Assembly: GCF_009914755.1 (NCBI RefSeq)
Contig: NC_060932.1
DNA from: the human T2T-CHM13v2.0 reference genome, Homo sapiens
Length of the DNA: 64,000 nt
Reading direction: 5' to 3' (one strand)
Part shown: positions 26,618-41,100 of the stretch, piece after piece
How the letters are laid out: the number at the start of each line of letters is the position of its first letter
Position numbering within the stretch: the first letter of the stretch is position 1
Made by a program: the position numbers and the translations under genes
The notes under the pieces: generated by a model
Databases searched by the model: none
Seen by the model: the letters and a program-made list of their open reading frames with translations, nothing else
What the model was told of the DNA's origin: nothing

Positions 26618-28079
26618 TCTGGTATAATGAGTACAGTGGCTAACTGCTGACTCCTGGGTATCTTCCTTAGGGGATTTCTCTTGCTTGAAAAAATGTGTTC
26701 AAACCACTACCTTGTCTGGGTGGATGGATTTCCTGTCTGTTGGAGAGCTTTGCTTTAGCTGAGTGTCCTTGCTAGTGTGTGGTCAATGTTTGCCGTATCT
26801 TGACCTTACCTAGTTGCTTCAGTGTGGAAAACTCCACAATAATTATAATAAAAGCAAAACAGCTTAATGGTATAATTTTCCAAGAACAAAAGGGCCTAGG
26901 TATGAGCGCCACCTTAATAAGCAAAGGAAGCTTGAGCGTGAGCCACATCCCCTAAGACCCAATGTTACATGTGTTTTGACACTGGCCATAGAGCTTAGAC
27001 CTTTTGCGGGGGTGTATAAGGGGCTGATCTCTTATTAGCTCATGTGCCTCAGACTGCCTTGTATCAAGGGCAACAGAGGTGTTGCTCCTAGTTGGGAGAA
27101 ATAATGGCTCCCCAGCATATAATTTTACGTTGCCCATGTAAGGACTGTGGTATTACCTGCCTTACTTGCTGTTGTTTTCCTAACTACTATTGCCAGTGAA
27201 CTTCTTGCTTCCAGACCCTTAGAAGTATCATGGGTTGTGCCCTGGGAAGACAATATCTCAATGTTTACTCCAAAAGGGGCCTCTGGATCAAGGGAACAAA
27301 TATCTCATTCCTGCAGCAGTCCTTTCTCCCTTTCCCACCAGAACACCAACTAGTTATCCAATTGCTTAAATTATACAAGACTGCAGACAGTATGCTTGGG
27401 CCTTATTAAGTGCCACCATATATCTACATGCAAAGGAACAAGGTAGCTAACTGCACTGTCCCAAGGAGAGGCTGCTATAGCTCTTTTTAGTACAAACCCT
27501 GAATCCTTAGAGATGGACTGGGAACCCTTAAAATAGAGAACACTAGGAGGCAGGTGTCTGGGGCTCCCCATACCCTTTCTCTATAACCACTTGGAAGGTC
27601 CACAGTATGAGTTATGGGATGGACACAGAAGCTGAAAGCCTTGAAACCAGAAAAGGCAGAGCTATAGTAAAGAGTGGTTTGATTCATCAGCCTCTGGGTT
27701 GTAGCCTAGCAATTTTCAGCTGTACCACTCTGCAACCTATGCCTGTGTTACAAACAAAAATATAATCCTCCAGGTTTCAAGGAAAAATATGAGTGATCTC
27801 CTTTGGTAAAGAAAAGCCATTGATTTAAATCCAACATAAGCCCAAGGTTCTTAAATCATATGATCATAGCCACCAGGCAGGTCCGTAACCCTAATGATGA
27901 TATTGGCTTGAGGCTCTCTAGTGGGAAAAAATTATGAATATTATCAGGATAAAGAGAATCACTCCCACCCTCCTGACCTCTGGTAGCATAATCCCTGATA
28001 CCCACCCCCCACTCGTAAAAAAGGGGAAAAATAAAAAACCCTGGATACAGGAGGAAAAATATCAAATAAAATCTATGTG

Positions 28080-28300
28080 TATCACACACACACATATATA
28101 ACACATATTTAACACAATTATATATATATGATTATACATAATTATATATAATATAAATATATACACAATTATATATAATATACATATAATAATATATAAT
28201 ATTCCAACATTAATAAAATAACAGATATATTAGAATATATAGTATTTATTATCTATTAATCATATATATTATTATATATGATTATTTAATCATATGTGAT
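28080..28300. repeat. AT-rich low-complexity / degenerate (TA)n tract
   Basis: attatatata-type units read directly. Confidence 0.85.
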
Positions 28301-28479
28301 TAAATTGAAATCAAGGTCCATAATTTAACCCAATTACACATTCAAAATTTACTTAAAATGTATTGAACAAAATGGTTAAAATGGCACTTATTGGCTTGTG
28401 TTCATGTAAATCATAGGTTGTGAATTAACTTTACCATTTGCTAAAATGCACCAATTAGCAAAGCTTCACTGACTTCATA

Positions 28480-28825
28480 AGACAGTCTCCAACTTACAAT
28501 GGTTGAACTCACAATTTTTTGACTTTACTATGGTATGAAAGCAATATGCATTCGGTAGAAACCATACTTTGAGCACCTGTAAGAACCATTGTTTTTCACT
28601 TTCAGTACAGTATTCAATAAATTATTTAACACTTTGTCATAAAATAGCCTTAATTTTAAATTCATGTTGCCCAAATTTAAGTGTTTTGAGAACATTTAAC
28701 ATTGGCTAGGCTAAGCTGTGATGCTTGGTAGGCCAAGTGTATTAAATACTTTTTCTGCTTACAATATTTTCAACTTACAATGGGTTTATTGGGATATAAC
28801 TCCATTCTAAGTTGACAGGAATCTC
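28480..28825 (-). mobile_element. Tigger-family DNA transposon, MER47A-like
   Basis: Termini ccaacttacaatgg / ccattctaagttga form imperfect inverted repeats; internal ggctaggctaagctgtgatg. Confidence 0.8.
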
Positions 28826-31800
28826 CACTGGGGCTCAAATTGCAGTTATACATGAGGATTCCACTAAATTTAAACATTGTGCTCTCTGTAAACTAAGGAG
28901 AGTAACAAAATATAAAACAGAGAAAAAATAGGTATGCTTTAATTTATAGCCTTGAATAATGTCCTAAAATATGCCTTAGTACACATGTATACTCTAATAC
29001 AAGGAGGAATAAATTAGAATTAAATTAAGTTTCTGGCACTTTACAAAACTGCTTGACAAAATGGGACTTCATGGACACCCAGTTAAAATAGTGAATATGG
29101 CACAATGTAAGTTAAAACAGGGCCTTCAAAGGTGAAAAGTTATTATATAGGATATTATTAATAAATAGATAATTATCTCTATTGCTTCTTCATTTGATAG
29201 CCCGACTTTACCTGTTTTAAAATCGGGAAAAAATAAATGGTGCTTTATAGTAGATTACTACCACCTTAATGTTGTGGTTACAGCCATTAAGTCCCCCATA
29301 TCCGCTACCAATTATTACAATAATAACTAACTTCACCTAATCAACAACTAGTAAATATTTTGCTATTATAGAATGGGCTAATATGTTCTATTCAGTGCCT
29401 ATTTCCAAAACAGCCTCTCAGCCACAGTTTGTCTTTACCTTCAATAGGACACAGTACATATTTACTATCTTGGTTACATTTTCCTTTCACCAGGAGTACA
29501 GGTATGGTATAACAATGATGGTATACCATTGGTATAACCTTGTTGAGATCCTCCTCCAAGGACAGCCATTTGAGATACTCCTTAAGGGCATACTAGCCTA
29601 AGATCTTTTAGTTTGGTCTGGATTATGAAGCAAGATATTCTTCATTTACAGATTTTACTTAATCTCACTGATGCTGCTACTTACAAATCAGCCTTATTTA
29701 AATGGGGGTACCCTGTTTTAAAAAGGCTCTAGAATCTGTCCAAATTAAAATTGTCAGGCACTCCCTTTAGTGTCTTCAGAGACTTCTTCACTTTAGAGGC
29801 TTTCACCACCTCCTTTCCTGCCTCCTGGAGTCTCTGGACCACACATGATGACAACAAGTTGCCATGGATTTCTAATGCAAGAAACCCCATCTCACCTTCA
29901 TTCTATATACTACTAGAGCAAAAATTATTGGTCTTATACTGTGCTTTCCTGGAAAGATATGTTTTCAAAGACTCTGTCTATGACCCTTCATATCCAGCTT
30001 CCCATTATGATTTGAATCATAAAAGGAGCACTCCACAAGCTCTGCACAGTTACTGAGGCCTCCTTGATACAGAATATAGTAAAACCCTAGTCCTCTGGTG
30101 TATTCTGCTTGCAGGAGGTGGTGGCCTCAATCTCTTGCCAGATGCTGTGGTTCTGAGGGAGGTCACAGCTCCCCAAGACTCCTTGAGTATCAGGGGAGTC
30201 TTTTGGGATTCACTGAGTGAATAACAAAGGGAGTTTATAGACTGCATATTTCATTACCACCATCATAACTACTGTTGCTGTTTTCCATCTTTTAACCAGA
30301 ATGTTCCTGATAGTTTCAGAAGGGACTGAAGAATCAGGCCAAACCTCAGTCATTTTACCACTGGCTGCTCTGGATAGCAAATGGCTCTATATACACAGAC
30401 TAAAAAATGAAAATAAAAATGAGCCATTGCCTAAGAGTTGTTCCCTTTAGAGTAGATAATTTTGGGAACTCATTGCCTTGCAAATACTCAAAATATAAAT
30501 CAAGGTCACACATATCCTTATGTATACTAAGGTAACAAAACAAGGTCTCACCAGGACACTCCTTATCACTTCAGAGTTCCAGACATTACCGATGGTAATC
30601 AAGTCACATATTTCATTACTCAAAATATACAAGGTTGAAACTCTTGAAAAAGACATTTGGTAAAATGTTCATCTACCTGCTAGGTCCTAAGCAGCTGGTT
30701 AAGCTGCTAAGGCTGCCTAAGCAGCCTAGTGAGTTCCTCAAAACATTTCTATTTAGATGACAAAATTACAAATAAACCCCTAAATGGGTCTCTACCTTGT
30801 CTCAGCTATAATCTTTCTTAGTTCAATGCCCCTTGACTGTTTCCCACAAACTTAAAAACCTTCCCATTTTCCTGTCCTATATTTAAATGGAGATATAGCT
30901 CACGTTAATGTTTATAAAGACTCATTATTACATGAGGTTATTTATTAATATCTCCTTATCTTTATAGGTTTTTGATCCTGCCCCCATCCCATAAAGGTTG
31001 GAGGCCAGATAAAGGGCATATCTTCTCCTGGGACCTGTTAACCACAGATTGTCCATAAATGAGCCAGGCACCTGCTCATCCAGTATGGGACTCATTTGAG
31101 CCTTAATTTCTACCACCTTAAAAGCTTCCTCATTATTTGAGTTATAAGTGATGGATAATTAATCTGGGCTGTGCCTCTTATCATATCCAGGATATTAAAA
31201 TTAGTTCTCTAGGGCCATTTTTTACAGACAGTATGGAATACAAAGAAAGGAGATAAAAAACTCCAGTTAATAAATTAAAATCACATTTGGAGATAATAAT
31301 TGAGTCAACATCACATCCCAGAGTAACAAAACCAAACAGTCCCTCCTTGATAATAATACATGCTAGAGAAAAATCATTATTAGGCAAGAAAAGCCTGTCA
31401 AGTGCAGCTGCACATCATTCTATTGACTGTTGGTCTTGTTATTGGTTTGGGTGTTTTCATCGGTTTGTGATCAGAGGGCCAAACTCTTCAAGTAAGCCAT
31501 TGTTGCAGCCAAGCACGGCAAATGCTGAGGCCCACATGCCATTGAATTTTGTTAATACAAGCCCCGCATTCGAAAGACATTGATGGCTTGATAGTTACCA
31601 CCAAATGGAAAACTGAGGCTTAGGGTCCCTAGTGATTGTCAAAATTGTAGGGCCTGACTATAGGCTAGTGCTGGAGCTCCAGTCTCAGCCACAGATATTT
31701 TAATTGCCAAACAACCTGATACCCTATTATCAGCATACACCCAAATCAGGTTATGTGATTTAAAACCTATTAGTAACAGAAATTCTATCATCCCCATCTG

Positions 31801-32099
31801 GGAAACCCTTGGACTATTGGAAACTTAGATTTGGCCACCTTTAATTGGGCCATGAAGTACACCAGTTGGGTTTCAGTGCTTTAGTCTATACACAACAAAT
31901 ATAACAGATGCCAACATCACCTTTGCTGGCTTTGCACACACAACACCGCTTGACTAAAAGATAAGCACAAGCTCCCAGAGATAAGACAAGTCAAGCTTCC
32001 AGGTTCAACATTCACATTCAATATGTGTATGTATGTGTGTGTGTGTATATGTATATATTATACTTATATATGCTTGAAATTATCTGGTACAGACTTTGT

Positions 32100-33551
32100 A
32101 TTTAGAAATGGAGTACTACTGTAATAAGTAACTAAAAAAATTTAAGTGGTTTTGTAACAGAGTGATCAGTGGAGGCTGGAAATATTTAGACACAAATAGA
32201 TAATGTCTGAATTGACCTGGGTTGACTATTAAAAGAAATCTGAATTTGGAAGATGCTGCTGGTGAGGGCTCAGAAGGAAGTGAGAAGCAAGCATATTACT
32301 GAAAATTGGAGAAAGGGATCCTTGTTATGTAGTGGCAGAAATCTTAGCGAAATTTTGTCTTGTAATTGTGTAAAAAGTAAAACTTTTAAGTAATGAATCC
32401 ATATATATGGCTAAGAAAAATTCCAAGGAAAATGTCGAAGGTGCCATCTGATTTCTTCTTGCTTTTTATTGTAGATAGAATGTAATGGTTAGATTGAAGA
32501 AAGAACTGTTGAACAAAAGGCAACCAGAACTGGATAATTTTGAAAATTCTCAGCCTATCTAAATGGCAAGAAAACCCACTAAAAGTTAAAAATCGCTGCT
32601 GAAAACGTGACAAAGAGAAATCAAACAGTGTAAATGTATAATTTTTACTAAAATGTCAGTAGGATCCAAAAGTCTGATTATTCAATCATATTAAAGGTAT
32701 TTTCTATAGATTAAGAGATTCTTGAAATCTTAACCAAATCACAGGACCTCTAGAAAGTTTAAGGATGCTCTACCTCAGCCATCTATGCAGGAGACAAAGA
32801 AAATATATTATATTGAAAAGATTTGTAGATATGGATTTTGTCTACTTTAACCACAGTGAAATTCAGGCAATACTTACAAAGTTGTTGAGAAATTTATTTT
32901 AGCTGAAACACTGGGCTAAAAGGGCAAAGTATATAAAATTAAAATAAAATTAGTATAAAATTAAATAAAATTACATTTATATCACGAGGTGGACTGGTAA
33001 ATCTACTTAGATGCAAACATGTGCTGCTTTTTATGAAAAAGAAGGATGACTCAGAAAGGAGAACCCAGAGTCCACAAGAAGGAACCAAGAGCAATAGATA
33101 ACTTATTCTTGGGCCTTGAAAATTGATAGAGACTCCTCGAATTTTCCCAGCTGGATTTCAGGACTGCAATATGCAAACAATTCCTAACTTTCATTTCACC
33201 CCAGTTTGAAGAAGAATGCCTCTACTTCTTACTTATGTCTCACCTATATCTGTTCCCATAATATATATTGAGTGTGTTAAGCATAGGTAAAGTGTCTCTT
33301 TAATTTCTTAGGACTGCAGATGGAAATCAAGTGTGCCCAGGCTTGTTGAATGGATTACACTAAGAAGAGTCATGTTTAGATAAGAAGATTTTGGAATTTG
33401 AGATAATGAGATAATGTGATTTAGATTTAAATGATGAGATGTTGGATTTTGAGCTGATACTATAAGGATAAGACTTTTGGAGACCATAAGATGGGGTGAA
33501 TCTATTTTGCATGTGGCAGGGACAGGAAGTATTGGGGGCCAGAGGGCAAAG
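32100..33551 (+). mobile_element. MaLR internal sequence (MLT1-int-like)
   Basis: gtggaggctggaaa, ggatccttgttatgtagtggcagaa, ccagctggatttcaggactgc motifs, followed by an MLT1 LTR. Confidence 0.75.
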
Positions 33552-34090
33552 TGTGGTAGGCACAATTCTAAGATGACTCCAATAAGTCAAGCTCATATTC
33601 CCTTTTCCTTGAGTGTACATTGAATGTGAAACTTGCCCATACAAATTTAAGATATCAAAGGTGATGGATTTCACTTCCTTGATCAGGTCATATATAAAAC
33701 TTTGTTTTAACAGAGTGGAGTAAAAGATTTTCCATCTGCCATGACAAGGTAAGCTGCCATGTTGTGAGAGGCACTGTGAGAGAACCATGCGATAAGGAAC
33801 TCATGGCAGCCTTTAAAAGCTGAAATTCCCTAATCAACAGCCAGAAAGAAAATGGGGACCTCAGTTCCACACCTGCCTGTATCTCAATTCTACCAACATG
33901 ATGTGCGCCTTGGTACTCTAGAAAAGAACTTGAGTCAGTTAACAACTTGATTTCACCCTATTCAAATGGAGGGACCTGCTAAGCATTGTCCAGACTTTGG
34001 ATTGATGGAAACTATGAAATAATAAATGTATGCTGTTTTAATATGTAAAGTTTGTGGTAGTTTGTTACATAGCCATAGCAAATTAATATC
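33552..34090 (+). mobile_element. MLT1E/F-like LTR
   Basis: Starts tgtggtaggcacaattctaagatgactcc; ends aataaatgtatgctgtttta...tttgttacatagccatagcaaattaata. Confidence 0.85.
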
Positions 34091-37000
34091 ATTCTAGTAA
34101 TCATCAGATCTCAGGTGTTTACATACAAAAAGCAAGAATTTTATTTTTAACTGACAAATATACCTATTTCCTCTTTGGTTTTAATGTATATGGCAATGAA
34201 CTTTTGCCTCAATTTTCTCGTTTGTGAAATGGAGGCAGTGTTACATAATGCATAGAGTTTTTTAACTAATAGAATGAGATATATTATTTCAAATCACTTA
34301 ATATTGTACTTGTTCTATCATGAATGCCAATTAAAGTTAGATTTCTCCTTCAGCAGCAGTTTTGTCTCAAAATGAGAACGCTACATTAAAATAGAAAATA
34401 AGAGACCATAAAGTGCTGAGTGTGAAGTAGCTACTGAAAGCAAGAAAGACAGAAGCAGAAAGTGAAAGTGTTCAAGTGGGGATATGGGCTAAAGTGTTAT
34501 TTAAAAACACTCTTCCCATTGCACCTTACAATTCCACCAGCCACTCGCAACGTGAGCCATACTAGTGAATAGAGCCGGCTTGCTATTCTCTTGCAGTACT
34601 TGCAGAATGAAGATAAAGGACTGACTTTTGTTACAAACTCGACTTAATAGTGAGTAATAATTGCTAACCAAATGGTCTCTATATTTTAATGCCTAGAAAC
34701 TCCTAAGGAAAGTACAATTAAAAACAAAATTTGAATCCTAAACATTTTCTCGAGTTAATGATAGAGGTTGTGTTCCATTGATAAGAAGGTATCATTTTGA
34801 ATGTTGTTAAATTTTTTATTTAATTTTGATGTCCTCAAAGTGCATATGATTGGAGTATAAGTTAAAATGGCACATTTTTAATAGAAATTGAAAAAAAATT
34901 GTCAATTTCCTTCATGTCAGGTCATCACAGTCTTAAGCAGTATTTTATGAGATCCCAGTGCATCTGGTCTCCGGTTTGCAGTTCAACTTTATTGAGCTTA
35001 AAAATCAATAAAGGCTATGATTTTTTAAATATCATGATAAAAAAGAACAAACTGGATTATCAGGGTGATTTTATTTACTAGATAACTAATGGATAAGTGT
35101 CACTTCATTTCTTCACTAGCATTCTAAAAAATGAAATTATATTTTTTCATGGAACTTGAACTACAGCAATGAAAGAACTTGAAAGTAATATAATCAAGGT
35201 AGATTATGCAGCACCAAAATGAAACATTGCAAACATCAAAGCAACTGGATATTCTATTCATTTGCTCCTTTTTCTAATTAGGAAAAGAGATGTTTCTTTT
35301 CGCGGATGTATTTTCTAATCATAGGTATTTCTCTATAATTTTTATTTATTTCATTATAAACAGTATGTCAATTAATATTTGATAAAAATATTTCTAAAAG
35401 AGATATACTATCATGCATACAAACAGAACAGAGATAGCAGCTACTGGTTGGTACTCAGGATTCCACACCCCAGATCAACATATCCTGGAAGGTTCACCAG
35501 GAATTCACAAAAGTGCAGACCAAATTTAAAATAGTTTATTTGAGATAGGATAACAGCACAAGCTCATTTCTTTAACAAAGTTTTACATGTGTGTCTCTCT
35601 ACAAGAACCAGTGCCCTGATTGTTAGCTATCAGCATCAAATTTTTTTTTTTTACAACTCTGCAATTCTTTCCCCTTGGGAAAAATGTGCACTTCCACCTA
35701 AGACATAGAAATTAGCCTCAGGTATTATTTTTCACAGCTGCAGGAATAACTGGCTAGTAATTGGAGCCATGGAATTCAAAGTGAAGTTGTAACTGATTGC
35801 ACCTGGGAGAGAAGGCCAATGAGTTTTCTTCTTATGAGAAAAATATTGGTTTAACAACTTGATTCTTTGTAATTATGGCCCACAAGGCAAAGGAGAATAA
35901 TTAATGTATGTTATGTTGGCTGTCTTTTGAAAAAATACTTATTGCTAACTACAACTGGAAATATGCAGTGTTCTGTACATTCCTAATAGCAACCATCACA
36001 GACATCTTGTCAATTTTGAATATATACGTAAACGCTAAAATAAGAACCTCAAATTTAGATGAAGAAATAAACTCAGAGAAAAATTCTAGTAACATAATTT
36101 AGTAAAATGTGCATAACAAACATAAGCATAGAAAACAGCTTATGCAAGAGTTTTTTTGGAATAAACAGTCTGATGAGACTAACAGTATTTCGAAAATGCC
36201 CCTGCACATTTTAGTAATTTAAAAAATATATAATCATACCTAAGAATTTAATCTTATGTTTTAAAATATTGATGTCCATTTTTTATTAATTTAATGTAAA
36301 TGTTTGAATGTTGTCTCTATACCTGGTAAGTGTTCTTGAATAATGGTTGCTCCATTAAGCTTATTTTACTTGTTCAAGTATAGAATTGCTGTGTTACGCC
36401 AAATGATTCTGGAATATTGAAAATTATTGGGTTGTTTCTTAAACCAAAGTATAGGCTTGTAGGAGACAAGCACAGAAATTTAACAGCATGAATCGAAATT
36501 GGCTGAAATGTTCTGCCAAATAAAGAGTTTAATAATAGAGCTACATGAACCTTGACTGCTTCCATTTATAAGATATTTGCAGAAACTTTCCCCATTCGTG
36601 ATGAATAAGTCTAGAAATTCTGATTTAACTTCAATTTTCAATTAGACTCTAAACAAAATATGAAATTCAAGACATCATCTTTCTTACTGCTGAGATGCTC
36701 TCATGATTAATATCCTATGTATACTTAATTATTATTTGAAACAAAAGCTACTGCAACTTATATTCTAGCCACTATCATATGTGTAGCAGTCTTCAGGAGC
36801 TCATTAGATTTCTGATGGTTTTGATGAGGAGGACTTGGTCCTAGGAACTTTTATCATAATATCCCTGAATTCTATTTCACCACTTAATGGCTTGAAGTAA
36901 TATCCAATTGATTTTTTGCAAACTTTTCATGTTTCTCTATCACATAGTAAAAACTTGATTAAAATCCTTTGAAAGAATAAATGAATGTATGTCTAGAAAT

Positions 37001-37682
37001 CAACTGAAGGGATTCATACTCATTTCAGCTGTTTCCAAATAAGCTGTCAGAATGCTTTGGTGCTAAGGCAAATTTATTTGAAGGTACAGCACTGATCCTA
37101 AGTCATCTATTCAGGTGAAACCTTATGTTTATGAGTGGTTCTGTATGAACAATAAAAAACCTCAGGAATTCATGAAGCTTAGGAAGAGCATAACAAGTTT
37201 TTAGGGCTCTGGAGGTTGTTGAATTGAAATAACTTCCTAAATGTTATGAGTGTGTTTACATTTATAGGAAGAAAATATCACTGTTATCAGATTCTGAAAC
37301 AGATGCATGAAACAAAAAATCATTAAGAACTATGCTTTTATGGAAAATATGTCACTTCCCTTGACATTATATTCTTTTACAAATGTTAATTAGGGATTTC
37401 GTTTGTAGTTGAAGGGGAACTCATGTAAGACTCAGAGAACATAAAATAGTAGGGGTTGAAACTAAAGCCTGTATTTGCCCAAAACCTTAATTCTTTCATG
37501 AGAAATCTAATTTTAAAAAGGACTGCAGTTAAAAAACATGAGTTTGTTTTCTTAAAGTTTTTTACTCTAATTTCTTAGAATCTTGAAGGTTGGTAAATTT
37601 TTAACAGTAAATGCAAAAATAGACTTAAAAGGATTAAAATGTCAATAAACAAATATTCCAAGAAGAGTTTCCAGCATATTCA

Positions 37683-38147
<465 letters not shown>

Positions 38148-41100
38148 TTAATTAAGAAGTTGGATTTAACAAAGTGATACTTGAAAAATAATCTTATATA
38201 AGAAATGAATTAAATAAGAAAAAACTCGTAAGATTTCGTCAAAACGTTTGATGAGAGGATATTTCCTGCATAATGAACACAAGATAAATCATCTACATGA
38301 TTGCCAAAAGATATTTTGAACTCTTAGCATCATGCACATATTTAATATATAATTTCCCAAGAATTTCTGAATGCTTTGGTTTTTAATAGATATTTATAAT
38401 TATAAATCTGTAAACTCATTTGATTATTACAAAAAACTGTGAGCTACACAGAAAAGGAATTATTTGCCTTCACAAGCCCCTTTTCCATTTTATTGGTTGG
38501 GAGAGCAAGACTCAGAGAAAATATGTGATACTTCTGCCGTCAAATAGTAATGAAGCTATTATGAACATTAGGAATTTTAAGTTCAACAGTATGAGAACTC
38601 AGCTAGTGTTTTGAATATTTTAAGATATAATTATCCAGAATATGATTAATGTAACAAAAACCCATTCTCAATATTAGAGAAAAGGTTCAGCAAATCTTAC
38701 ATTGTTACTTTTATTATCATTCCTCAGTGTTGGGCCAGAGAGTCTTTGTAACTCATATATTGCTAAAGAAATATAAACTAATTCTGATTTGTAGTGTTTC
38801 TTGAAAGTATTTTGTGTACTTCATTCAGAGGAACAAGCTTATGGGCTGGGACTTTACCCTGTGTTTTTTTACTCTTCATTTCTTCCTGCCTGAAATGCAA
38901 ATGTGATGGCTGATATGAAGAAATCTCTTTATGACCATGAGTATAGGTATGACAACCAACACATTAAATAAGCAAAAATACAAAAAGTGTTTGTATGAGC
39001 AGTTGATTGCCTGCTTCCACCTCTATTATTTAAGCTACTGTTAAGTGGTTTTCCTTTTTGTTCTTTCAGTCAAAATCAATCCTAACTGATATTAAGTATA
39101 TACAGAGTTTTGTTTGTTTGTTTTTCTTATGTTTTGTTTTTAACTGAGAAAATCTCTAACAACTTAGGTTTAGGAATTCTTACCAAAGCCTTCCCATTAA
39201 GCACCTCTTAAAAATATTCTCTGTCTCTACTGTCCTAAGTGTTCCCAGTTATTAATGATTATCACCTACATGCCAGAAAATTCTCAAGAAGTTCTCCCTT
39301 ACCCTAGTGATACATAGTCCTTTCATTGAGGAAGTTTAAAATCTAGTGATAAACATACAAAGTTATTATTCTGGTCCAGGGCAACTGCTTTGTTATTAGC
39401 CATACTCTCTATGGTAATTTTTGTTTCACTGAAGCACATGACTCTCTGTCTTTCTGCTAGGGAAGGTGAAAGAGCATAATTCAGAAATACAAAGCATAAA
39501 TTTAAATTCAGAGTTAGTATCTAGTAATTTAACCCAAAGCATCTTTCAGGTTTTGGAAGCAAATGTGGGATGCTGTTGTAATGTCACAGTTCCACAGGAT
39601 ATTAAACTGCCTTGTGCATTGACAGTTGCCCATGTGCATTTTGATTGAACTAGTTCCAGTCATGCTATTCTAACAATAATTATTATTAATAATAATAGAG
39701 TACTGAAACCTTTATTTATTTATGTATTTTATGGAAACACAATCAATACCCTTGTGTTTTTCAGCTACAACAATTAATAGGTCCAGTTCAGCAACCCTAA
39801 CCACATTCAGATTTCAGGATAGATAGGAATATAGTATCAATTGATTTTCAATAGACTTTTTGATAGTTTCTGAAAAAATATAGAAAATAGGAAATTTATA
39901 ATTTGTTATGACATATATCTATATCAATGAACTTCAGGTCATCCATAAAATGAGAAAAATTCAAGTTCATTGCTGGTGGATTCATAGATTTAATATGTTT
40001 CTCAATTTAAGCTTAGTCATATTATTTGCATATATTCCTTCTATAGCCTGAACCGTATAAAATTGTTATATTTATAGATCAATGGAACTATCAGTAATTT
40101 TATGTAATTCAATCAAGTATTTGGTTTACCCTACAGTACTTGGGTATTTATGTTATTCATATTTTCTTCTCTTTATTCTTTTTCATTTAACAAATGTTTA
40201 TTGAGTACCCTGTTAATACTAGATAAGGTCCTGGAGTCTGGGAATTCAACTGTGATTACAACTAAGCTTTGCCTTGATTTGCAATACACTTTGCCTTTTT
40301 TTTTTTTTTAACCAGAATAATGTTTCTAAATCTCTTTGATCTTTCATTGGCTGTGTCATTAACATCTCTTGTATAGTTACTTCTGTAGTTTTACAAATAT
40401 TTTAATCCTGTGATCAAACCTCATATTAGGTAAATACACAATCCTAAAATATATATGGGTATTTAAGTAAAGAAACCCTCAGGAATCTATTGAATTTTTG
40501 TAAAAATCTTGTGATCGGAATTAACTTCAGAGTAGTTAGCATGCTAAATGTTACATATAATAAAAATTCTAACTTTGAATCAAATTTTATTAGGAAAAAA
40601 CATTAGGAAATACTAAAAATTCTTTCAAAAAGTATTGTCTTTATTCTGTTAAAATCTGTTCCTTAATAGTTTTGTTTTTACATCAACCCTTAGGGCTTGC
40701 TCTTTTATTGGCTGAAATTATCACATTAAAATAAATAAGTATTATATATGAATACATATATATGTTTACATTTATATATGTTTTAATAGTTTTACAGAGG
40801 ATATTGTCAATATAATTTACCTCTAATTAACTTTGCTACTACTGTACTTTGATTAAATTGTGGATAGAGATAAAAATAAAGAAATGGCTGCCATTTTCTC
40901 AGTTTTTCACAAGGTTGCATTTGTGGGAAGTGTTGTTTAAACATACTAAGAGTTCAATTATGTTAGCTCTTGTTTTGTTTTGTAAAACATCCTTTTGTTC
41001 ATCTTTTGTTAGCTATTTTCCAGGCATTTCTCACTCTGTAAGGATCGCAACACTGTGTTTTGAAGAATAACCTAAATACTCAATTTCTAATTTAAGAATT

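Larger units (their letters stand above)
26618..32010 (+). mobile_element. Decayed class III (ERVL-like) provirus internal region with RT, integrase and env-like remnants
   Basis: RT remnants WCFIVDYYHLN (~29238) and ANMFYSVPIS...QFVFTFNRTQYIFT (ORF 29383-29601); GPY/F-like integrase tail GP...IVGPDYRL (~31621-31670); CWLC codons at 31924-31935. Confidence 0.75.

Noticed and set aside
30687-30729. Two adjacent small hairpins built from ctaagcagc/gctgc units
   Set aside because: Stems of only 6-9 bp inside decayed ERV sequence; no functional support
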